From NCBI RefSeq assembly GCF_000743755.1, contig NW_014569447.1:1-33114 (forward strand): DNA of 33,114 nucleotides, given 5' to 3'. The stretch is from Blastocystis sp. subtype 4. Lineage: Eukaryota. The stretch's first letter is position 1; each line of letters starts with the position of its first letter. Made by a program: the position numbers and the translations under genes. Of this stretch, positions 12,083-24,785 are shown piece by piece. Below the pieces are notes generated by a model that saw only the letters and a program-made list of their open reading frames with translations, was not told the origin of the DNA and did no database searches.

Positions 12083-12090
12083 AACAAACA
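12083..12090 (-). terminator. TGTTTGTT polyadenylation motif (Aurora kinase)
   Basis: 5 nt after the T of TGA 12095. Confidence 0.8.
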
Positions 12091-12092
12091 AA

Positions 12093-13145
12093 TCACATGG
12101 ATTGAGTTAAGGAGTAAAATTCGTATTTCTTGATCCACGGATGGTTCTTCACTTCTGCAAAAGACATTCGCTTTGTTGGATCCAGGACTAGAAGCTTGCG
12201 GATAAAGTCTTGAGCTCCTTCACTCACATGTGATGGGAAACGAATATCCAGCCCACGAATACGCTCATACGTCAAGTCCTTATTCTTTGACTCAAATGGA
12301 GGGTGACCCACTAGGAACTCGTACGTTAGTACTCCTAAGCACCAATTGTCCACCATCGGTGTGTACTCCCGACGATCGATCATCTCTGGAGGGAGATAGT
12401 CCAGTGTGCCACACATGGTTTTGCGACGGCCACTTGGTGCATGGGCTGACCAACCGAAATCACTCAACTTAGGCTCTCCCTAGGAATGAATAAGAATGCT
12501 AAAAGTCACATCGTAACCAAGAAGGATGTTTTCAGGCTTGATATCTCGATGAATGACATGCATTTTGTGACAATAGTCCAGCGCGTCCGCAATGCGCAGA
12601 ATATAGGCTGCCGTACGTCGTTCGCTGAAACGTTTACGATGGAGAAGTTCCGCATAGATCTCGCCTTTTGGAGCATATTCAAGAATCAAATAGACTCTTT
12701 TCTCGTCCCAGAAGTAACCGTACATACGTAATACATTCTTATGTCTACTCTTAACACAACCCAACACAGAGACTTCAAATGTGTCTGAATTTCAATTTCG
12801 CTCCGTATCTGCTTTTCAATTCCGCACTTCACGAGCTCGTTCTTTTGAATCACCTTGATGGCTACAATATATTTGGATCTATGTTCTCTCGCAAGGTAGA
12901 CGCGACCTACACATAACGACAACTTCCTATGCATACCAAAACGACCTTTTCCCATCTTCTTGCCAATGTCAAAGTCCGCTAACACCCAGGTTCTACTATT
13001 TTACTCACCTCCAATTCTTTACTTCTTCGGGTAGTCCATGGTTCGTAGCATCAACTTCAACTCTTCCACCTCTCTTTCTCTATTTTGGGTTTCTCCGTTG
13101 GCTGTCTACACATAACAATTCAATAACTTGTCACACAGGACTCAT
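12093..13145 (-). CDS. AURK: Aurora kinase (start codon uncertain)
   Basis: [70 protein letters not shown]; 30-nt introns. Confidence 0.93.
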
Positions 13146-13241
13146 TGTAAACCTATTGTGAGAAGATATTCAGACTCCATTTCGCCGGTTTCATCAGTCT
13201 CCCTATTCATTGAAGGAATTCGTCCTTTCGGATCGTATAAC

Positions 13242-13249
13242 AACAAACA
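13242..13249 (-). terminator. TGTTTGTT polyadenylation motif (PLBD)
   Basis: 5 nt after the last base of the TAG (13254). Confidence 0.8.
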
Positions 13250-13253
13250 AGAA

Positions 13254-15047
13254 CTAAAGATGCTTGAATGGTGTGTAATCAAAATCCATCTCTCCATCAA
13301 TATCCATTCGAGCAATATAGAACGGGAAATCGTAGCGCTCGGGAAGATCTTCGTGATCCAAAGGTCCCAACTGTGTCGTCTTCCAGTCAAATACTGGTTG
13401 CTGGTCATATGTAGGACCACAAATAATAGCAGCCCCAAGATGATCATCCAGTAGAGCCTGTCCAGTGATCTTAACATCGGTACCCATATGGTCACGGAAG
13501 CCGAGTGAAGCGAACGGATACTGGCCATTCTTATCATGTAAATCAGAACGCGATGAGATAGAATATTGAGAAGTGAAAGGAGGAGTACAATTGCAAGAGG
13601 AGATAGGATCATGTTGATAATCATTGTATCTCATCATACGCGCCATACTTGCAAGATCATGTACCTTCCAATGATCACGTCGGAATATCTGAGCACGAGC
13701 TCCATCCTCCCATGACATTGCTTTTGGCTCCCATTCCTCCACCTTTGCAGGATAACCACAAGCATTATAAATATCCTTGAAATATGGAATGTTATAGGAT
13801 CCCCAGTATGTCGTATTGCGTAGATAATTAGTAAGATCACCACTATGACCACCACCAGGAATCTGTTCATATATCCAAAAGGCACCATCATCTAAGCCCT
13901 TACCAGGATGGAATCGATTGTAATCAAACACCATCCATTGATTGTTATAAAGTCCACTATTATAGAGACTGTAGTAATATACCCATTCCTCAGCTGTTGA
14001 AGCCAAACGTGTAGCAAGAGCACTACGAGCCCATTGTAATACTGACTGGGGTTTTATGTTCTTATTCAGTGACTCATCCCAGATTGCAATTGTTGTCTCC
14101 TGAATTGCAAGACGTGCTGAGGTAATGTAGAAATCATCACCAGAGGTGAAGCGACCTGGATACGAGGCCATAGCAGTCTTGTATCCAGGGATCAGAGCTG
14201 AGTCAGAATCAGTACGATGAAGACGGAGATCATAAGCCTTATACATACGATACATAGATTGAGCATTGTTCCATGTAACATGAGAGAACAGAACGTCCTC
14301 ATAGTTAGGAAGAATCTTTATCAGAGCTGAACAGTGATCTACTCGTTCTGTACCATGGCAGCGGTTCTTAAAAGGACGACTGGGATCATCATAATAATAA
14401 CACTTCGCTCCTTCTTCTGGGAGAACAATCGACAAATCCCAGACATCATATTCATAATTTGCTACCAAAACTTGATATCGAGTTACATTTAACTACAAAA
14501 ATGAAAAAATCGGATCGAGATTACCATGCGTCCAGTGGCTACTGACATATAACCATCATAGATGCCATTCACTTGAACATCCAGAAGAGAACGATGCTCC
14601 CAATACATTGGGTTACGACCACTCTTCTTTTCTTCTTCCTCCCATTTGGCATTAGCATCGAAGAAATCTTGAACCTTTCTTGGGGGAGCACGATCCGGAT
14701 AATGGATCTTAATTTGAATGTACATCTGTTTGGCTGTCATGGCTCCTTCCAGGAAACCAGCAGCATACGACTGGTCGTAGTTGCTGTACTTGTCATTCGA
14801 ATGGACAGAAAAATAGTTCCAACCTTAGATTCAAGTCCAATCTACAAACATACCTGTTTCGTGAATGGCTTCATCAAACTTAGCAAAAGCTACTGCATCA
14901 GCTTTTCTACCATCGACCATTTGGAACTTATCCCCGTTCTTCACAATCGAAGCTACCGTAGCTACATGTCAAAAGAAATGCGAGATAACTACTTCGTGAT
15001 GCCACAGAGACTGCGACAACCACAGCAAATACAAAAAGAAGTCTCAT
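13254..15047 (-). CDS. Phospholipase B-like protein (PLBD family, lysosomal Ntn hydrolase)
   Basis: Signal peptide MRLLFVFAVVVAVSVAS; HCSALIK, SGDDFY, NSGLYNNQWM, YWGSYNIPYF, RAQIFRRD and MRYNDY motifs. Confidence 0.92.
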
Positions 15048-15173
15048 ACGTTTCTGATAAGAGTAAAGTGAAATGAAACACAATCTCAAAAAATTGGGAA
15101 AAAAATCAAAACACGGTAATATATCCAAAAAGTGTCACATACAAACAACCTAAATGAGCCCATCCTTCAACCT

Positions 15174-15858
15174 TTATTCTTCAGTGGTGTTCTTTCCATT
15201 TCTTCTAGCCACACGTCCAGGACGACCACCTCCATAGGGAGAGTTCTCAGCGAACTGAATGTGCTTCTCTGAGTCCACATGGACCATGAAGGAAGGAGAG
15301 TTCACCACCTGACTGCCAACACGGATGTGTCTCTGACGAATCAACACACGAGCATGATGAACAGACTTGGCAAGACCAAACTTGAATACCTTCGTCTGCA
15401 ATCTGCGATCCATCAACTTTGCAGTGCTCAACTCCAGAATGTAATCCAACTTCTGCTCCTGCTCAGACACCAGACCCAAACGGGCCATACGACGAATGAT
15501 AGCAGCACCCTGGAAAATACGACGAGGATCCTTCTCATTCAAAGTCAACAGTTCACGAGCAGCCTACACAAATCTCACTCCCAACACACAATTTCATACC
15601 TTACGAATCTTAGCAAGAACAAGCTGTACACGCCAAATCTCACGCTTGCAGCGGAGACCATACTCTCCACAAATACGAAGCTCCTGGTCCAGACGCTCGC
15701 GTTCATAAGGACGACGGGGAGTACTGAAAGTAAGACGATCTAATAGGGGATTAGAAACAGTTACAATACAACATACGTCATTTACACCATGACAACGAAA
15801 TTCACAACTTATTCACATCACAATACTTACAGTTTCTGTGATGGGCACAAGTAACCAT
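15174..15858 (-). CDS. RPS9: 40S ribosomal protein S9 (uS4)
   Basis: Exons 15858-15831, 15739-15600 and 15563-15174. [53 protein letters not shown]. Confidence 0.97.
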
Positions 15859-16115
15859 TGTAGACTCTTATTTGACCTCAAGTTAGGAAAGTGTAAAGTG
15901 ATTTGGAAAGTCTTGATATATAATAGTTTCATCACAGATTAACCCTGAATCGATCACAGTTATTCTTGTAGAATGCATGATCCAGCAGAAACGGGTTGGC
16001 TGCAAGTCGAGGAAAGGAATGAGTAATCACCATCATCATAGAAGCGGAAACTCCAACACATAAATCTAAGTATACAACATAGAATTATAGTGAAATACAA
16101 TTACAACTCACAATC

Positions 16116-17571
16116 ATGTTGGCCCATCTTCAAACACACTCATTGTATGACTGGTGAAGAGTGATTAAATAATGTAGACTCGTCAGATGGTTCACAAAGG
16201 GCTCTATGGCGAAAAGGATGTTCAGTCGTTCTTTGGATGTTTTAAAAGATGAATCTTTTATGAACAAGTATTATGACAACACCAATGTACCAAAAGACTC
16301 GGAACTCGATCCGGATGAATTGCGAACCCGATTAGAATCCTGGTTCTTTGTTTTACTAAGGTAATTATGTTGTAGGGCATCGTATCGAATGTTTTCTGGA
16401 GTCAAAATGCGAAGGAATGGTGATTGGTTTGCCTATTATAAGTCGACTATCGAAGGTGATGGAATCGAATCTCTTTGATTCATAGGCCCCTTTGAAACGA
16501 GTGTAGCAGCAGCCAAGAAATGGGATCAGATGTGTTACTCAGAAGAGAAGGATGTGTCAAAACTGAATTTTCCGGAAGTATATTGGATGAAGGGAATCGG
16601 TTTGCCTAATATGAACTACTTTGTTCCTGGATCGAACTCAAAAGGTGTCGACTGGATTCCGCCCACAGCAAAGAAGGCTAAAAAATATGATATTGAAGTA
16701 CTGAAAGGGTTTGTGCTGAAAGTGATTCTCATGTGCAGAAAGCCGTTGTCGCTGAAAGAAACAATGACAATTCTTCAAGGAGAAGGAGCACTGAACATCC
16801 GTGTGTTGAATATGAGAAATCACAGCTCAATGGCTGCATACATGCTATTTGTGACGGGCAGCTCATTAAATCACGAGAAACGTATCGGAGATACTCTAGT
16901 GCACTATGTAGAACATCATTTATCCATGTGAGAGGTAGTTAAGGAAACGACAACTGAAGCAGATTCCAATCCGTGTGACAGATCGAGATGAGTCCGAATG
17001 GATGGTCGTAGACGGTGATTCTATTATCACGAATATCTTCTCTCCACGTACGAACAGTTAATGAGAATTATTCCTAGGTTATCGTGTTGCACGTGATCTG
17101 GAGGATCAGTGGGAATTGATGCGACCAGGAAAGACTCGTTATGAAAACTGGACAAATGAACAATTACAGGAACGCTTCGGAAATGTGGAGGAGAAAATGG
17201 AAGCCATGTCCTTAGAAAGCATTGTTCAGTCCTACCAACAGAAAGTAGAAGAAGAATGTCACGGAGAGAATCCCTTCTTATTGGATGAAGCTACGGTCAA
17301 TAGCGTTAAAGAAGAAGTGAAAAAGGAACAAGAAGAGACGAAGGAGAAAACAGAAGAGGAAGAAGAGTTTGAAACGAATGAGTATTACATGACCCGAGAG
17401 GATCTAGAAAAGGCAATGAACGATGATGGAACAATCACAATCAATGGTCAACGTTTGAAGATTGAGGAGATTGCAGATGTAAAATCGGAGGAGATTGTGG
17501 ATCAAGAAGTTCCGTTCTTAGAACTGAAGCAAAGACAAGAGGACAAGAATGCGAAGAATCGTTCTGGTTGA
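16116..17571 (+). CDS. Mitochondrion-targeted AP2-domain + RsfS/Iojap (MALSU1-like) fusion protein with acidic tail
   Basis: Presequence MLAHLQTHSLLVRWFTKGSMAKRMFSRS. AP2-like YRMFSGVKMRRNGDWFAYYKSTIEGPFETSVAAAKKWDQM...KLNFP. RsfS-like LQGEGALNIRVLNMRNHSSMAAYMLFVTGSSLNH...EWMVVDGDSIITNIFSPRYRVARDLEDQW. Six 30-33-nt introns keep one frame. Confidence 0.75.
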
Positions 17572-17762
17572 TTTAGGTTCCTTTGTTTATTGATATCAAT
17601 TAATAGAATTTGTTTGGAGTAGTAGATTAATTGGAATCAATTACTACAATTCCAAATGATTAATCCTAGAACTGTTTCTTTCATCAAGATTAATACGAAT
17701 CAATTAATTCTTCATGCAATTATTGATATCTTTAATTCTTTGAATTCAGGATTTTCAAATCG

Positions 17763-17770
17763 AACAAACA
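17763..17770 (-). terminator. TGTTTGTT polyadenylation motif (MORN-TM gene)
   Basis: 5 nt after the codon-first T17775. Confidence 0.8.
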
Positions 17771-17774
17771 TAGA

Positions 17775-20700
17775 ACTGTTTAGTTTCTATTTCATCTATT
17801 TTAATGACAGGTATCTGTTTCATTTCATAGAGCCATAGTAATAGAAGTCCCATAGTGACAACTGCAGAGATAGATGATGGCAATACTGCCCTATAATACA
17901 TGTACCAGAAGAGATTATATACAAATCCAATAAGGAAGAACCAGGCAAGTTGTATTCCCAAGAAGAAGAAGTGAAAACGATTGATGTGATCCTTGAAATA
18001 CAAAGTCGGCAGAATAAAATACACAAGTCCCACAAGAATGAACCCAACGTAGTAACCCGCTGAATAGTTATGTGATATTGGTATTACACAACTAGAAACT
18101 ACAACAAATGAAACTCGCATAATGTAGTTGCCAATATTCATATAATAGAACAAAGCCATTATAATATCAATAACAACAGCAGAAATAGCAACATAGACAA
18201 GAGGGAGTTTGGTTACATTATAGAATTGATAGAAGAGGTTCATGATATAAAGAATGATGTAGAAGGCACAGTGAGCAGCTACTGCAATAATACCTACTAC
18301 CGAATTATCGCCTGAATAGGCCCATTTGAAGAAATAAGCACAGAAGAAGAAGCTTACGAGACAGATTATGACAATTAGAAATGCTGGTAAATGAAATATT
18401 ATGGAACAGGTCAGACTGATTACAAATAGACTGATGATTGTAATGCAAGTTACAACAAAACGAGCAGTTGGGTGAGATCGTAGGAGCATCATAGTGACGA
18501 CTTCAATAACAATCAGAACAATACACCACACGGATACAGTTGTGATGCTATAGAAAAAGTTACCCAACGCAAAGCACAAAAGAAGAAAGAGTGACAGAAT
18601 GAGTTGACAAATAAACTGACTCTTAAATCCTTCCCAATCAGTAGAATTGGAAGTAAACCATGCGGAGAGAAAGACCAGAATGATGAAAACTCCACACAGA
18701 ATGTAACTACCATTGAAGAACAGAGTAAGAACAGAATCAAGGACAACAAATGACAGAATAAGAACATAATATGGATAGAAATTCATAATATCTTCTCTCC
18801 CACAGGAAAATGTTTCAAAGAATGAAGGAACCAAGAAGATTATAAGAAGACAGAGTATCACTTTCAAGTCCACTCGGTTCTCTGCTTTTATGAGAAAGAG
18901 AATCATGAAATACACTTGAATGAGTCCCTCTTCGATACAATGAAGATCAAGAGATATGAAGAGAACTGGCCAGTGATTGTGTTTCTTCTTAACAATCCAA
19001 ATCATGGAACCAATTCCAATCACAAGTCCACTTATACACCACACCGTTTTCCACGTTCCTGATAGATGGAACACAATTGGTAGAATCACATCTAATAGGA
19101 AGCAAAGATATGATATGACATATTCCCATAGAAGGAAGGGCTTCTTGGTCATGAGGAAGGCACAAAAGCCGCCAACTCCCAGGAGACTTGTTACTGTGAT
19201 GATACGTCCATCATTCTGTAATACCCACAACAGGCTCTGGAGAAAGAAGTATACAATGCAACAGAGACCAATCAGAGCCAAATGAGCTCCAATTGGAATG
19301 AGTCCATACTTCCATCCACCTTTCTCATCAAGCTTCTTATAAAGAAAACAAATAGGAAGAATGATAAAAGCACATCCAAAGAGTCCACTGACTACTACTG
19401 CGATATTATCCAAGGTAACAAAGATAGAAACAAGAATATCGGCAATAAGACATATTATTCCTGTAAACAATAGGAATAGTGTTCCAAAATGTTGATGAAT
19501 TCGTTCTTTGAAATGTTTGAAGAAGTCTATTATGGGTTTTCGATAACGAATCACTAGAACAATGATGACAATCAAGGTAACAATTGACAAAGCAACAATC
19601 CAGCGAACAGGTTTACTGAATAACCAGATAAAGAAGAGAATGATATAATAGAGAACGAATCCAATAGCAACCAGAATCAAATGAATACCAAGAGGAACAA
19701 AACCATATCTCCATCCTCCTTTACTATTCAATCGTTCCATCAAGAATATACAAGTCACTATTAGAACTGCTATTCCAGCTAAAATACATAGAATAATGAA
19801 GACAACATGCCATTCAAGAAGAATAGGAAACAGTATATCTCCAGCGATGCATATCAGACTTATTACTATGGCTAATAACAATCCGAAATGATCATGAATC
19901 CATTTCTTCCAACCTCGGTGTATTCGTCGAATTGCATCCTTCACAATTGCTACAGCGATTTGACCACTCTCAGCTGCACCTCCTCGTTCTTTCCATCGAT
20001 GCATAAACCCAGGAGCAAAAGGACTCTCTGTTATGCCTGTCTCTGCATCCACAAATCCGTACTCCGTCTGCAGAAATCCATATTTCCAGTCTCCTTCAAT
20101 TATCACTGTTCCATCTTCATTCATTATTCGACCTTGACCATGCTGAACTCCCTTCTTGAAAGATCCAATGAACCATTCATGCTCATTTCGATACTGTGTT
20201 CCCATTCCATTTCGTTTGTCATCCATATAGTCTCCTACGTACACAACACTTCCATTCTCATACTCAGTACCTTGCCCTGCCCTCTTGTATCCTGTTTTCA
20301 TATCACCACTATAAGTTCCTTGATATACAAGTTGCGAATTACGGAATACTTTCATGGTCGTCCCATCGAGTAGACGAATTGTTTCTCGTTTTTTACCTCG
20401 CGAATAGACACATTCCTCGTTAACCACATCGTTTTGATATAAGAAACAACGACCATGTTTGCGACGTGAGGAATCATATTCACTAACAGAAAGTACATTG
20501 CCATGAATAGTGGTTTCACGTCGGAATCCAGGCATATTCTTGAGATCTTCATATTGATAAAACTGTTGCCCTTGTTCAAAAGGACCTCTGTATTTCACTT
20601 TTCCCTTCTGGTCATATAACACACCCTCTCCTTCTCGGATAAATCCACCTACCACATCGCCTTTCCACTGGCCTTCGTATTCAACATTCCCATTAACGAA

Positions 20701-21285
20701 ATACTCAATCATCCAATTATCCTTCCACTCACGAAGCATTCTCTTCTGAATACCCTTCTCCATATCACACTCTTGTATCAATACACCATTTTCAAGAACA
20801 TAACAATGACCATTCTTGTATTCATGAGTTTCATTATACTCTGATATACTGAGCAACTCTCCTTCTATCGACCTCTCATCATAGAAACCAGGAAGATCCG
20901 GATTTGGAGTCATCAAAGGATGCTTCTCTCCATCATGATAGAATCCATAGAATACTCGTGTTCCTGTGTCATCGTACTCATGGCACAAACCCTCTTTCTT
21001 TCCATTGACAATAGAACCACGAAAAATGAGACGTCCTCGATCATTTCGCAATAGACAAGTTCCATTTATTTGATCATTTACAAATACTAGTTCAGCAAAA
21101 ACAAAATGTCGTGAATCATAGAGGGTTGCTGGTCCTTCCTTCTTTCCTTTGTTCCATCTGGCTTTTAAAGTACATTTAGATCCATTTACTTGATATATGG
21201 CCTCTCCATTCCCACTTCGAATAGAGAGGTTTTGTTCCATCGTGACACTCTCCTCTATGAATTCTTGAAATAGATTACAATTCAT
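17775..21285 (-). CDS. Intronless MORN-repeat protein with a large repeated multi-pass transmembrane region; stop probably created by polyadenylation at T17775 (start 21285 or 21240)
   Basis: 1178-codon uninterrupted ORF. Repeated Y-x-G-x-[WFY]-x-x-G-x-x-x-G-x-G motifs in the first ~420 aa, then many hydrophobic helices in repeated modules. Confidence 0.8.
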
Positions 21286-21966
21286 TTGCAAGATGATAGA
21301 GAGAATTAACTGTGTTGAGATAACAAAAGGCTAACAAACGATTAAGTACTAGTTATACTAAGAGAATTTGGTATTACCAAGTTCTTCCAAAAGAAAGAAA
21401 AGAAAATTGCAACAAATGAGAGATCAGTATAACTCATAGATTAACAGAATAAGAGTTCTTGATTATCAATTCATACTACTTACATCACTGTACATGAATA
21501 GTTTTCATTAGGTTCAAAATGTTTATTTCATTTAAAGAACAGAAGAAGGACAGTTTCCACGAGAATCTAATCCTGGTGGGTAGAATCTCTTTTCTACACG
21601 ATGCACCGCCATGAGCGCATATAGCAGTTAGTAGTATGATTTCACTTCTAGTCATGTTAACTATATATTTCTAAACTAGAATAAGACAATTCGGAACAGT
21701 CATTACCGAAGGTGCAGAACAGGACTCATATTAGAGTCAGTATTCGTTGGTTTCATCTTTTTCCTCAATTTGAATCATTGTTTATGGGATTTCTTTGGTA
21801 ATCTAGTTAGGATTGTAGCTCCATAGACTACAGAGATTATATATATCGAATTTGATCACTCTTTATACTAACTCTCTATGTCATGTTACAGAATGAGTTT
21901 ACTAGATATCTAGGAGAATATTGGTATTTATTCACAGAATAGCATCATGAATATAAACAAAACATA

Positions 21967-22708
21967 TTAAATGGCTAGTAAGTTGTCATCGATTGGCTCA
22001 ATCTCCATCCCAGTAGACATAGTTGTATTAGAAGAGGATAAGGCATCATGATATAGATGCATTATACTCGGTGGGAGACTGTAGGGGAGAAAAGCTTGAG
22101 GATTTCGTGATTGAAACTTCTGATGAAGAGGAACTAACTCCAAAAGCAGAAGATAATTGATTTCGATTAAACGACAAGATGAAGATAGAAATACAGAATT
22201 CAGTGGAATGAAGTATGTGTTGCCTATTTGGTTTTGACTGTGTCTACATGTTAAAAGAGCAGAAGATACATGCTTGCACGAGTGTTTACCTTGTTTGATT
22301 GCCTATTCCTCACATCTCCTCCTAATTGCTTACTTTTAAAATAATACAGCATGTTTGTAGCAATCCATCTACTCTACTAGTCATCGAAACTATATACTGG
22401 TACATTACTACATCTTCATACTCATCTAAGTGGCTTGTTAGATCTTTTGCATACGTCCAAACTTTCCGACAATATCGAATTGTCTAAAACTCGAACTCTT
22501 CCAAAAACCCTACAGTCTTCATAGATCGGTAGTAAATACAGTTCCGATGTTGATTTCTTTGTGTGTACATTACTTTGTCTAGAATTGCGAGCTCATCTTC
22601 AAGAAGAGTCAGAATGTCCCTTATTTTCGCCGAGTCATAATTTTCGTATCGCTTAGATGCCGGAATGACACTCGTTGAGTCTGTCGGCTGAAGCCGCTTT
22701 TTGTTCAT
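21967..22708 (-). CDS. DUF4477/NEPRO (Rmp1/RMP64-like) nucleolar protein
   Basis: ELAILDKVMYTQRNQHRNCIYYRSMK and a later YFIPLNSVFLSSSCRL motif; TAA at 21969-21967. Confidence 0.55.
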
Positions 22709-22731
22709 TCTATTTTTGTTGTTCTAGAACT

Positions 22732-24755
22732 ATGGAGGAAGAACAGAAGGATCCAAAAGAGGGTAAGAGATAGATTTCCATTGACTCATTTATAGCTACT
22801 GTCTTCCTACAGTATCTCACTCCACCTGAAGTATATCAGTATAATAATGGAGAAGACGACACTCTTACGCAGTACCATATTTGAATTAGCGGTATTCACT
22901 AGAGCAATGGATTTTGAGAATGAAGTGCGCAAATCAGCAATTGACATGGAGGAATGGGAGAAAAAGCGTCGTGGTAAGAGATGTTTAAGTAAATTCAATC
23001 CAAGAGGAGTTCAATCGGGAGCATTCAGGAAAACATCCGTTTTTGGATGAATCAAAATCAGTATCCGTTCCACCTGGAGTACATCCTCTTGCAGCAGTGC
23101 AGAATGAACTGGGCAAAGCGAAAGCAGAAATGCAACTTGTCCTTAACTTGCTCTTGTCTGTAAATTCAGCTTCTACAGAAAGTAATGACTTCAAACAAGT
23201 CTTTCGCTATGTTCGTCATGAAGAATCCGCTGAAGACAAAGCTATTACCCAACGAACCCAAAAAGCGAATCTAGCTTCCTGTTATTTACTTTTCGAAGAA
23301 GCGTCCTCGCTTTTGACAAAGAGTGAAGACAAATTTCGCCGTATGATTACCTTGTATTATTGAATTGTATTCATTATTCATAGCCAACGCAATTATTTCA
23401 ATGATTTGAGTCTCTATGGCAAATTCTTTAATGTTGTTACCTATCATGGAGATAACTTGACATTTGTAAAGAGTACAGATTCTCTGTTGATAAATTGTTC
23501 GTATATGAACACTCGCGATTTTACAAATTGTATTCCAATCTTTCCTGGTGAAGATGGATATGTGATTCTTAAGAGTCATGATGCTTCATTTTATTCTTAT
23601 TTGTCCATCACAACCACCTTAGTTGATGAATTCCGATCTTATGAATCTACCTTTGATTTTCATCCATCACTAGAATCTGGTGTTTATAATGAGTTATTGA
23701 CATCGCTCAAGCGAAATTCGTCTTCTCCATACATCGAATCAAATCTCTACCAAATCACATTATTACGTCATAGCATACTTTGTAGAGATATTTTCTATCG
23801 ATTCTATGATGGTTGCTCCAAACTCCCACTTCAATCTCAGATCCACATCGAAGTAGGATTTCAAGACATCTCATCAAATAGCTCCTCGATGAGGCCATAC
23901 GACTCACTATTGACCAAGTCTTTTCTGTCACAATTCGACTCTGTGTCAATTCTACTTCTCTGCGGGAACCTGAAGAATTTGCTTCCTTGCGGTCTCCACA
24001 GCCTAAAGGAGGACTTATATCACAATTGCTCCTTTCATTATCACAACAAACGGCGTTTCGGTTGGTACGTCATATGATCACTCTGTATCGTCGTAATCCT
24101 CATTCAACCGGAGTATGCGATCAGATTCCTCAGAAGCAAGTAATTGAGACTTGGGCAAAAGAAGCATGTCAACTTCTAGTATTCCAATATTCATCCCTAT
24201 TTCTGCGGTATTTTATGTTTGTATGTTCGTTTCAGTTTGAGTAGGATTGAGATGATAGAGTGAGTTGAAGGAATCTTGTTTACACAAATAATGAATTGAG
24301 TGAGAGTCATTTGAGAATTCGGACTCGGGAGAGAGAACGATCACTGGAGTTTGAAGTGATGTGCGACCGTCTTCATATCAGTAATTACATTCTTTTAGAC
24401 TCCACAGGACGTATCTATGTGAATGATCTGGCTTTTGATTCTCTCTTCAATGCCTTTGGTGGTATTTTGGGTTTGATTATGACTCAAGTGAGATTACTGT
24501 TCTTGTAGGACAAGTGAAGTGAATCAGTGCATAGAAACTACTGTTTACAAGGGAAATTGGGCATTGAGAAGGATCTGGGAAATGACTATGCCGTGATTAA
24601 TGGGAATGGTGCTGTTACTGTTGTGTCATTCACCTATTCCATTCCCACACCACTTGCCTTCTTTCATGCTTTTGTTGTTTATTGCAAGCAGGGAACTATC
24701 ATTAATAGGGAAGCCTACTGGCTTGTTGTAGGCAGGAAGGATCGCCCTTCTTCTT
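22732..24755 (+). CDS. MED17: Divergent Mediator subunit 17-like protein; stop probably created by polyadenylation at T24755
   Basis: VQNELGKAKAEMQLVLNLL...KANLASCYLLFEEASSLLTKS resembles MED17 VRNNLRSALTEMCVLYDVL...[21 protein letters not shown]; many short introns. Confidence 0.5.
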
Positions 24756-24759
24756 CCTT

Positions 24760-24776
24760 TGTTTGTTCAACAAACA
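24760..24776. terminator. Back-to-back polyadenylation motifs TGTTTGTT-C-AACAAACA of two convergent genes
   Basis: Perfect inverted repeat with a 1-nt spacer between the MED17-like and AP4E 3' ends. Confidence 0.8.
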
Positions 24777-24785
24777 TTTAAGCAA

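Noticed and set aside
15860..16115. Possible ncRNA or telo-box (aaccctga) in the RPS9/RsfS divergent promoter
   Set aside because: No convincing box motifs or structure; the match is too short to support.
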